NCBI GenBank assembly: GCA_977018835.1
Contig: OZ361256.1
Location: 1,240,001 to 1,304,000 of the forward strand
Direction of reading: 5' to 3'
DNA: 64,000 nt
Origin: Minutocellus sp. GHC0000111
Lineage: Eukaryota
The position numbers and the translations under genes are program-made. The number at the start of each line of letters is the position of its first letter. Within the stretch, counting starts at the first letter, position 1. Positions 36,401 through 46,714 of this stretch are shown here, one piece after another. The notes under the pieces were generated by a model, which was not told where the DNA came from, did no database searches, and worked only from the letters and a program-made list of their open reading frames with translations.

Positions 36401-39400
36401 CCAGCTAAATGACGGAGGCAGAAGTCACGCCGATCAGGCCAAACTCGTTGGGGACTGGGCAGAACGGGTCTTCGGCATGACTTCATCCATCGACAGGAAT
36501 AGCGAGTGAGTATATGTGCAAATTGAATCAAAAACCAACATGATCAGACGCGACAAGGTCTCATGATCCCTCTTCCTCCTTTCTCGACAGGCCTGCTGAC
36601 GAAAGCGGTAACATAGGAGCAAGCAAACAACGTCTCGGCGAGGTTTCCGACTATCGTAAGGACGAGGCTCGACTCTGTTTTGAATGCCAACATCATAAAT
36701 GCGGGAGCTACTGCATGCGAAACCATCGTGCGAAGAAAAATAAAGAATCAGCAAATTCCCCTCCCAGCACACACGAGACGAATTCAAGCACCGCAAAACC
36801 AGATAAACGACGATATTGCCGTGCCGGAACAGGATACGAGAAGACCCCAAATGCTTGCGATACACCAGGATTCCAATTACGTTCAGACCATGCCATCACC
36901 CGTGATGATCGTGATTTCCTGAAGCTCGAAATGAAGCGGAACAATCTTCGCATGATTCAGACCCCACTCAACGTTCTGAGAGGATGGCGTGGCAATTGTG
37001 ATATCAAAGTGTTATTATACGACTGTCACGACAGCGAACCAACGCCAGAGGACATAGCCGAAGTTACCGATTATGTTGTCGCTTGCGCATGCAAAGGTGC
37101 AAAGGAAACGAGACACTGGCCACCGAACGCGACACTATTACAGCCATCGTCAATCGGTGAGTGCTGCGTTGGATGCAAATGTGCCAAAACGGGACCAATT
37201 CCATTTGAATACCCGCGAGTGTTCAAAAAGAATCTGATCCCGCGTCTATTTCCGTTCATTGTGTCATTTTCACGCTGTAACGCGCGCATGCTCAATCCCC
37301 TGATTCGACTTCCAGTGCTGAGGAGGTATCAGGAAATAATGATGATGTAATCACATTGGCCAGGAAGCTGCTCAACAGAGCCGTGGTCAGTAGACTTGTG
37401 CCAAAACAAGAGTGCATGGTGGAGCTAGACAAGCTTCCCTTGATCCTGTGCACGGAGACCATCGAGTCAAAATTAGTTTGTCCGGGGTAGCTACAAGCTC
37501 ACATCAGACACCCACAATGGACTGGTTGCCAAATACAAAAAAATAGCTGCCAAGAACCCTAACCTTTCGCTCAGTGACCTGTTCCAACAACAAATTGGCA
37601 GCAAGAACACTGAGAAAGCTGTCATTCCACATTGGATAGGAGGGAGGGGGCAACCAACATTCCCAGTCACTAAGTAAGGAGGACTACATACATGCCAGAA
37701 TGACGCTGCTAGTGCACAGGCCATGGAGAGCATCAACACCTCCCCGGCTAAGCAAAGAGCAATGGATCAAAGAGTTCAACAACTTTCTTTCTGACTCGTG
37801 CTGCCCCCAGTCAGTCAAGATTGCGTACGCCAGGGTGAGAGAGCGCAAAGTGAAGAAACACGCCACACAGTGAGAGCCAACAGCAGAAGATGAAGAATGC
37901 TATGACTACGAGGCTCACGGAGACATGGATGATGAAACCAGAGACATTCTCAACTTGGTCAAAACCAATGCAGTCAGCAACGACCCAGGAGTGACCATTG
38001 GGGACTTCAAGTTTGACAGAGGGCTAAACTATGACTGGTCTCAGAGAGAATGTTCCCCCCCCCCTGCAAGAGACGCCATGCTTGAAGGGGGGTCCTGGCT
38101 AGAAGAAGCAGTCAGCTCAAAAGATGCAACAGAATGGACACCTTTTACCACTGAAGTAGATGGAAAGCCCATGGCAATTGATGCGTCAATGGTGAAAAAT
38201 GACCAGCAGGAGTTGCTTCTGACAGTGATGAGCAAGGTCAAGGAGTGGGGGTGGAGTGCGCCACCACTTCAAGTGATGTCAACAAAGCCAGGTCTTTCAA
38301 GCCACTCTACTTGATGGTGCAAGGCTGCGCAGGATCAGGCAAGAGCTTCTTCATTAAATGCTTGGTGAACACAGTGAGGGAGGTTTTAGGAGAGAAAAAC
38401 GTCATCCATGTGGTTGGCCCCACCGGTGCAGCAGCATGGTCAGCAGTGGGAGGACAGACAATGCACAGAAAGTTTGGAATAAACCCTCACTCTCCATCGT
38501 CTTTCCCTTCAGAAAAGCAAAGAAAAGAGACAATGATGAAAGACAACAGAGTGGCAGTTGTTTACGTGCTTGATGAAAGGAGCATGTACACAGCAGCAGA
38601 CAACCTTGGGGGGCTGCTGAGAGGAATCTTGCAGCAACTGCTCATGGAGGAGGCCACGAAGGAGAGCTGTTCGGGGGGGGTGCCCATCTTTCTGCTTGTG
38701 GGGGGGATGACTACCAGCTGCCCCCACCAACAAACACACAAAAGGGAGCATTTGACACAGTTGGAGGGCAGCCTTCACACTCACAAAGGCAAACTGGAGT
38801 TGCTGCATCAGGAGCACAGCTTTTTCTCGACACATCTGAAAAGTGCATGGAACTCAAGACGATCAAGCGTCAAAAGTCAGATCAGGTTGAACTCGTCAGC
38901 ATGCTGGGAAGAAGGCTTCGGTCAGGACACCCAACACCACCAGCAGATGATGCAGACAAGCTAATGCAGTGCCACCTCACCAACTTTGGAAATGCAGAAG
39001 TGGAAGCCATCACAAGCACAGGAACAACCATGCATCTTTTTGCAAAAAAGGCGCCAAGGGATGCGTTCAACTACCAGAAGCTACAAAAGGTGTCCAGTTC
39101 AAGCAACCCAGTGGCCCTGGTGAAAACCAAGTGGGAGTCCACATCAGGGAAGGCAGCTGTCCGCAAGGCACACTTTCCAAACCCACCAGCAAATGCAACA
39201 GTTCTTAGCAGAGGCGCCATGGTCTGCCTGGCAGACCGAAACTTTGAACCAGAGTGTGGGGACTCTTCAACAACAACAGCGTGGGAGAGGTAGAAGAAAT
39301 TATTTTCGAAGAAGGAAGAAATCCAAACACAGGAGACCAACCATGCTACGTGGCAGTGAAGTTCCCTCAGTACAGCGGTCCGGTCTGGGACCCCCTGAAG

Positions 39401-40009
39401 CCAAAGGTAAAAGAACTAGATTCTTGATGAACACCGAGGGGTGTTCTTTTGGAAGCCAAGCCGTGAGTCAGGTCATTGGTTGTTTAACTGCACCAGTTTA
39501 ACTCACACCCAACAACCTCCTGCCTTTCCCCCCTCATGTGAAAAGGTCGTTCCAATTCCAATGACAGCCATGATGTGTGCAAAAACAAGTGCTGCTGCGC
39601 AAAGCCAGCCACTTACTGCCCACTCACACTGTCATTTGCAAAAACGTGCCACACATTCCAAGGACAGTCAGCAGGACCAGTGAGCCATGGCCAGCAACCA
39701 AATGCGGTGGACCGGGTGATTGTGGACCCAGGAGACAAAGGAATGGAGGGAAAGAACCCAGGGCTGCTCTACATGGCAGGCAGTCTCCTTAGACGTTCTT
39801 TTGCTGCATGGTGTTGCCACATCATTGCTAAACATGGATATCCTCAGCTGAGACCTCAGATTTTCCCTACTGATAAGGATTTTGAGACCTCAGGTCTCAA
39901 AGCAACATCCTTATAGGCGTGCATGGACTGTAGATCTATGTTGTGTTATTATTTTTATAATAAATATAACAACATATAACTAACGTGGGGGGGGTGGTGC
40001 CGACACTTG
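33477..40009 (+). mobile_element. Helitron (rolling-circle transposon), degenerate; boundaries approximate
   Basis: Rep motifs AFPWLFPGG.GD, RVRGSDSYW, FMTLSCAE, RMEFAKGRGQIHIHLL (HUH), YVVACACKG (Y2 with Y>C); PIF1 helicase GCAGSGKS, DERSM, PLTLSFAKTCHTFQGQS; GC-rich hairpin-like sequence plus CTTG/CTAG near 40000-40018. Confidence 0.9.
33911..39787 (+). pseudogene. Helitron Ubl-Rep-helicase gene; introns 34241-34395 and 36506-36590; frameshift ~35270, many lesions after 37.3 kb
   Basis: A phase-0 intron joins an exon ending NIRLRGGVC..RQNQ to the DUF6570-like/Rep ORF; the second intron restores CQHHKCGSYCMR; helicase motifs are scattered across frames. Confidence 0.8.
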
Positions 40010-40440
40010 TAGATCTAGGCTCCAGCTCCAGATCAACATCGTACCATTACAATCGGAGGGTAGGATGTCGCATAAGAGTGTCTAAAGTTAGCAGATGAGG
40101 ACATAGAGGTCTAGCATTTATTGGAATGTTACATCTATCTTCAAGAGGTACCGGTAGGTACCGGGAAGAAGAGAGACAAAAACAAGCAGTCCCCTCGGCA
40201 AGGTTTCAGCCTTGGTCGGCGAAGTTCTAAAGTGTGTCAGATCTGCACTGCGCGGATCGGAGTGCCGCAGAAATCCGAGCAAAATGGATCGGAACCTGGC
40301 AAATGGATCGGACCCACCTTTGATCCGCGAAAAGTGGTAGAGATTATTCCATAACGTTGCCATTTGGCAAAAGCAAACCTACTGAGATAAACGCACTCTC
40401 ATCTCTCGACCTGGACGTTGATCTCCACGAAGTGAGCACC

Positions 40441-42511
40441 ATGGCGGTGGCATCAAGATCAACCACGAACAGCAATATATGTACCCTCCATGCAAGACGA
40501 CGCAGATCTCAGTCGACGCTCGCGACGTTCTACTCTTTGGGCTCAGTGCTACTTGTGAATGCCATCCTTCGTTCCATCCCTGTTTCGGTTGCAACTGATC
40601 TCGTCGTCGTAATTGATGCAAAGGATCGGGAGAAGCAGAACGAAAAGAATGCCAAGGACGACAAAAATAAGGACAAGAACGACAAGGCGCAGACGGTAGC
40701 CGACCTTCTCGGAATCTCGACACTTAGTCTGGATCACTGCATGGGTCATTGCATGTCAGGGTCGGACTGCTCGGGCGATTTGAAGTGCATAAGTCCCGAC
40801 GAAAAGGGAGACAAATTTGAGGAGATTCTAGAGAAGTTTGGCTGCGAGGGAGAGGCAGAGAAGGACACGTCATACTGCGTCGACTCATCGAAGAAGATCG
40901 TCCCGACCGCGGCCCCGACGAAGAAGGTTGACGCACCCACCCAGCGTCCAACGGCCGCGGCGAAGGAAGTACGAGAACAGTCCCGCCATTGGATGGAGCT
41001 GGTCAACACATCTCGTCGCCATGCCAAGCTCAAGGACGACGGAGAGATTATCCGACGAGCCGCCATGGCAAGGGAACGCAACCCGTTCCGCTTCACAGAC
41101 GCCCCAACGTCAAGCCCGACAACCTTGAGCCCAACCGAATCACCAACACTCTTCGAGGATCGAGAGGAATACCCGGTGAACAGCCCCCCCCTGAATCCAC
41201 CCGAGGATTACTTCGACTATTCCGTTGGACCTTCGAGAGACTCGGCCGTGTATTACATGAAAACTTTTAAAAGATGCTCGTGGACCAGCCGCATGGGGTT
41301 CATTGGGCGATGCCTCTTCAACTCGTGAGGGTCGATATTGGTCCCAATTCGCCGAATACTTCAAGCCGGAAAAAGGTGGAGGACATGACATTGTGAGCAA
41401 TGTCTGTGCTACCGGTACTCGCCAATCTCCCATCGATGTGACGCATAAGCTGGCCCAATCGCAGTGCTTTGAATATCACGAAATTCGCCACCGAGCCGGA
41501 GACTTTGGCGTCTATCACCCCCTCGTGGAAAAGCAAATTCTTCCCAGCAAGCTGAGGTTGCATTACCCACGTGATTACTTCATGGACCCAGACCTTCCCT
41601 TTGGAGAGCAGCGTGGTGAATGGGGCGATAGGAACAAATTTGGCCCGAGCGCGGATCTTCCCAAGCGCTGGGGATATCAGTTGCCAGTTACGCACATTGA
41701 CATCAAGATCCCTTCGGAGCATTATATGGAGGGCAAGCAATATTCCATGGAATACCAAATTAATCTCATGCAGATGCGGGATGACCCCTACAAAGGTCGA
41801 GGTGCTGGCATTGTCAGTGTGCTATTTGATATTCATCCCGACGAGGAAGATAATGAAAAGATGGGGGAACTCATCGAAGCATTTGAGAATGTTTGGAACA
41901 AGGATAAGATGGAGTGTGAGGATTTCCAGACGAAGAAGAGACGGTTGGATGCCAAACTTTACAGTCTGGTCACCGAGAACGAAGAAGTTAAATTTCAATC
42001 CAAACTTCGTGCAGCGAGACGTCTGGCGGACGAGGACAAGGACTGGGACCCGTGGCACAAATCCATTTTGCGCCACCCCTGGTTTTATGGATATGAAGGC
42101 TCGCTGACTGAACCCCCCTGCTCCGAACTTGCGGAGTGGCGTATTATGAGAGAACCGGCCTATATTTCCACCCAGCAGCTCAACCGCCTCAAGAATATTC
42201 TTTTCAATCATGTGGACAGTGAGTGCCGTCGCACTTCCGTCCATTCCAAGGAGAATGGAGTTGCCCGTCCCCTTCAGCGCCTCAATAATGATTTGTACAC
42301 CGGCCACAACCTCTTCGAGTGTACGTGCTTGGATTTCTTATCGGACGTGCAGAGAGAGGAACTCAAGCAGAATAAGTGTGCATTCTACGAACGAGAGGAA
42401 TTCGGTTTTGATCCTGACACCTACACCAAGGAATGGAACGCTAAAACCCATCAATATGACAGTGCAGAAGAATTTTGGGCCGCAACGGGCACTGAGCCTT
42501 GGTGGGCCTAG
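40441..42511 (+). pseudogene. Alpha-carbonic-anhydrase-like protein with frustulin-type Cys domain; frame broken at ~41233-41272
   Basis: CATGTRQSPIDV, IPSEH, YEGSLTEPPCSE..EWRI, VARPLQ; N-terminal TM and CMGHCMSGSDCSGDLKC..GCEG..YC. Removing 40 nt gives YFDYSVGPDARGPAAWG. Confidence 0.75.
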
Positions 42512-42626
42512 GCATCGGTAGTGATGCTGGATGTTATTTGCCAATAAGAGTACATCTACTAATAATTATCGATCGTGATGCGATAGAATCAATTTCATAC
42601 ATGTTTACAGTGCAATTCATAAATCT

Positions 42627-43671
42627 CTAGTAGACAGATAAAGCAGCTGACACAAATAGAAATACGTACAAGGATCCTAGTCCCCTGTTAAATGTTTCGG
42701 AAGTCCCGCTTGTACTACTCGGAGCATCGGTAGGTTCCACTTCTGGGGGATCAGTGACGGCATCACTGGTAGGGAAAGCGACAGGTGAAGCGACAGGAGC
42801 TGCAACAGGAGCCGCAACAGGAGCCGCAACAGAGGGATTTCCTACAGAAGATGGGGCAGGAGCCATCCCAGCAGATGGTTCCGGTACGGTTGGAGGTTCC
42901 ATTCCATCATCGAACGACTTGCAACCTAATGTTTCCTCCTCGGCAGCGGCCTGAGGTTGGAAGGCGGAATATCCATTCTCCTTTTCGTTCGCACCGATTT
43001 CATATTCATTCATTGCCGTGTCTACAGAACGAACCATCGGGCTTATCAAGGGAAACCTCCAAGCTGTACGTATACTTGATAGGCTCGTAACAAATGTCCA
43101 CCACAATTTGATCTATCGTAGAGTACAGAAATGAATCAAGCAAAGCAACAGGAGAGTGAGCGAACGAGTATAGTACACATGCATTCCTCCACATTTTGAA
43201 TCAATCAGGGGAGGAATCCGCAACTTACGACAAGTATCTTTCAGCGACGTTCCGGGAACAATCATCGATCCCCAGACTGACTCCACCGTCCCTACCGTCT
43301 CTTCTGGGTAGACACCAAGAGAATTAGTTATGGATCTGTAGACATTCCCCAGCATGATATCGTCGTGTCCGAGATATGTCCAATGGAAGTCGAATTGCAC
43401 CGTCCGTAGACACTCTACGAAATCTACAACAGAAGGAACTAGCTAGGATATCGTTGCAATCCGTTCCCTCTGGCGCATTGGTGGGCAAAGATGGATCCTT
43501 CGGGAACTGAGCCTCCGTCTCTCCATCGACCGCAAAGCACTTGATCGACAGTGAATTGGCGTAGGGAGTGGAGCATGGGCCCTGGGCATCAACAATTCCG
43601 ACCAAGCACGACGCAGCAACGATGAGGCCGATCGGACATGCGACATTAGAACGGAAGGAATGAAGGGCCAT
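42627..43671 (-). pseudogene. Secreted GPI-anchored-type protein disrupted by two 4-bp duplications; one probable intron ~43113-43190
   Basis: Signal peptide (VDA-QGPC), APVA repeats, hydrophobic tail. Removing one CTAG (43439-43446) and one CATT (43007-43014) restores DILVPSVVDFVEC and GNEYEIG. Confidence 0.6.
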
Positions 43672-44054
43672 TGTTGAGGAATAAAGTCACATATAAATTG
43701 TTGCGGATCTTTGAGGAATGAAGTCACGTGCAAATTGATGCGGATCTTTGCCGATGCCAGGGAGTCCCAGGATACGATAGGCCTACCGAAAGTGAAAGTA
43801 GTGAACATTGAGATTCGAGAGTCTGCCCGTCGTTTCTGTTGGGTGCCGTAACCGGAAGTCATCAGGTGCCGCATTTCATTCCACGACCGCCCCATGCAAC
43901 CCATGCAGGCCATTGCCACCTTCGCCTTTCACGAGGTAAAATTGTAATCAAGCCCAGACTACTTATGCCACAAGCACCGTCACCTCGGGTTAATTGGCTC
44001 ACGCATCTTCTACCGCCATTCTACTCGTACGCGCTACTTTCACTGACCGCCATC

Positions 44055-44717
44055 ATGTCAACCACCCAAGCCTTCCAACTTCCTCCTCTCATCAAACTTG
44101 ATGACAAAAGTTCTATACAGCAAAATCATTCCTTCACTTCTGATGCAAATTGGGTCATACCAGACATCCTCATGCAAGGGCGTCAACCATCCCTCGGCGC
44201 CAGATCATTGGCTGACAACATGCGCCAATTACGCGAAGATGCTTGTATTTCAACCTTCGTCTGCCTACAAGCCGAAGCGGCACCACAAAACACCGAAAAT
44301 GCCAATGTCGTGATACTGGGCGGGGCCGTTTCTTCCAAAACCGACTACAGCTACGCGAAAGAGGCTGCCCAATTTGGCGCCTCGGCCCCAAAATTTGTTC
44401 ACTTTGGCATTCAAGATTTTTCGACTATCGAGAGCCTTGATGATCTGTGCCTGCTCTGCAATTATCTCGAACGACGCATCAGGGAGGGAGATGTATTATA
44501 TGTGCATTGTTTTGGTGGCAAGGGAAGGGATGGGTTGGTGTGTGCATGTCTTCTAGGCACGTTGTATTCTGAACTCTCGGCAAGTGAGGCTCTGCAGAGG
44601 ATACAAGCATATGCCAGTACACGAAGTGGTGGAAAAAGACTTGTTTCTAGTCCTGAAACTCTGCAACAGGAGAATCAAGTTCGAGAATACTTTCGATTAC
44701 TCGGAAGAAATAGATAG
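44055..44717 (+). CDS. Protein-tyrosine/dual-specificity phosphatase-like (CX5R)
   Basis: ANWVIP, FVCLQAE, HFGIQD, LYVHCFGGKGRDG, SPETLQQENQV. Confidence 0.85.
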   Translation: MSTTQAFQLPPLIKLDDKSSIQQNHSFTSDANWVIPDILMQGRQPSLGARSLADNMRQLREDACISTFVCLQAEAAPQNTENANVVILGGAVSSKTDYSYAKEAAQFGASAPKFVHFGIQDFSTIESLDDLCLLCNYLERRIREGDVLYVHCFGGKGRDGLVCACLLGTLYSELSASEALQRIQAYASTRSGGKRLVSSPETLQQENQVREYFRLLGRNR

Positions 44718-44738
44718 ATAGATAGATAGATAGATAGA
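44711..44738 (+). repeat. (TAGA)n microsatellite overlapping the phosphatase stop codon
   Basis: tagatagatagatagatagatagataga. Confidence 0.9.
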
Positions 44739-44854
44739 ATTTCTACCAATGGCAATGCATCTTTGATTGCTCATGCTAGTATATTAGTATCATTCCGCCG
44801 CCTCATGTCATTTGGGTTGCACTGCCATACATAACTCTAGGTATGTACGGACAA

Positions 44855-44925
44855 CGCCTTTTTCGGGCTCGTCAATTCAACGATGCTCACTTGAGCAAGG
44901 AAACGACGGGCCGTCATTCACCAAA
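44855..44925 (-). promoter_or_regulatory. Putative eukaryotic SECIS element (type II-like, non-AA apical loop)
   Basis: Minus strand reads AUGAC-GGCCCGUCG-UUUCCU-UGCUCA-AG-UGAGCA-UCGUUGAAU-UGACGAGCC-CGAA: UGAN/NGAN quartet, helix II and apical mini-stem, ~95 nt after the TAA of the UGA-containing gene. Confidence 0.7.
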
Positions 44926-45012
44926 CCATGAAGCTGCTGAAACATAATAAATCCATTCGTCTGCTTCTTTTCCACAGACTGATCCTCCGTACTCTAGTCA
45001 GAATATGCTGAT

Positions 45013-46275
45013 TTACTTCCTTGCTGTGATCTCGGCACCAATCACATAGTCTTCCGCGCCAGATCCAGGCAACCACTGAGATATCACAGCTCTAGACTCT
45101 TCCTTGAGCTTCACATTGACATCGGTGAAACCTGCATCGATCAGGTATTGTTCAAGGCGCTCCGTTTCCGGGGCGCCCGTTACTCAGCAGGCCAGCGCCT
45201 CGGCAGTCTTGAGGCGCTTGGGGATGATCTTTTGGGGGCGAATTACCACATCGGAAACGGCTACCCTGCCGCCCTTCTTCAATATGCGGTAGATCTCTCG
45301 GAATACTTGGGGTTTATCCGGCGAGAGATTGATTACGCAGTTACTCACCACACAGTCCACGGTGTTGTCGGCAACAGGCAAATACTCAATTTCTCCCAGA
45401 CGGAATTCCACATTGTTGGTCTTGCGATTGACGGCGTTCGATCTTGCCTTGTGGATCATGTCTGGAGTCATGTCTACACCAATCACTAAACCCTCATTGC
45501 CCACCTCGTCGGCTGCGAGGAAGCAATCGACGCCAGCCCCGCTCCCCAGATCCAACACGGTCTCGCCCTTGGCAACATTGGCAAAGCTCATGGGGTTGCC
45601 ACAGCCGAGACCCAAATTGGCATCCTTGCCTGCCTTGAGTATTTGCTCTGGCGTATAGCCCACCTTGGCGGGATCCACGCTGACACAACATCCTCCACTC
45701 TCATTGTTCACCGTCGCGGCGTACGACTGCTGAACGAGACGGCGGACGTCATTTGGGTTGGCCGGGGCAGCATCGGTGGCCGAACCAGATGGGCAGCAAA
45801 CGGCTGGACTGCTTCCCGGAGGACAGCATCCGCCATTCCCATTCGCCCCACCCGACGACAGGGCCGCTGCCATTTTCAGGCCATTAGCAATTGCATCGAT
45901 GGTCACTGCATCGCCCTCCTCGCTCGACGTGATCAGCCTGCCGCCGTTGCCATAAATCTGATACGACAAAACGTCGTTCAATCCCATCACGATCGCCAGC
46001 TCTTCCAGCTCATCTGCCTCGTCGGTCTGGATAACGAGAACCAGCGGTGAGGAGTGAGCAGGATGCTCCTCCTCCTCATTCTTCTTCTCCTCCGACTCTA
46101 CGAGGGATGTGACGTCTGCTAGAAGCGATTTGCACTTGGGAGCGAACGATGCCACCGCCAGAACCAGCGTGAGGGATGATGAGCCGGCAATTTGTGTTCG
46201 GACGTCGTCTACCTCGACATCGTCGTCGAGGTATTGGATGCCACCGGTTGGTGATGATGCTGTTGTTGGAGACAT
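45013..46275 (-). CDS. arsM: Arsenite S-adenosylmethionine methyltransferase (ArsM/AS3MT), probable selenoprotein (UGA 45184-45186), with N-terminal thioredoxin-like domain
   Basis: NLGLGCGNP, VLDLGSGAGVD, VIGVDMTPDM, EFRLGEIE.LP, VSNCVINLSPDK. Reading through TGA gives ALAC-U-VTGA..YLIDAGF.DV..EDYVIGAEITARK*, the typical ArsM C-terminus (56 more aa). Confidence 0.92.
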
Positions 46276-46714
46276 GGTAGGTTCGGGTAATACGATTAGA
46301 TGATTAATGGCCGAAAGGATAGCAACGAAGATGAGTGGGTTGGTAACGGCCGCCGCCACCGTTCAGAGCATCACGACCGACCACAGAACCACAGATGCAA
46401 TTTGCGTGCAATCGTCTGCGATTTTGCGAGCACGAGCTGGAGCACTTTTCAACTTCTCCTTTTCTTCTTCTTCTTTCCCCCTTCCTTTTGCTCTCAATCG
46501 CTCCTCTTTAGCTTTTGCCATGCGCCACGCGCCGAATACGCACACATGTGAGCCATCACATTGAAAACCAAGTCAGCGCGGCCACGAGAAAGAAGACGAC
46601 GACGCGACGTCAATTGGTCGAAGAGTAAAGGCAATCCCACAACAGTTCCCTGCTCCAAGCCGACTCCCCACCCGGTCGAATATTCCCTGCTACTACTACT
46701 AGCATCTGGCAGCA

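Noticed and set aside
41248..41273. 26-nt GT..AG mini-intron in the CA gene
   Set aside because: Too short, and removing it does not restore the CA reading frame.
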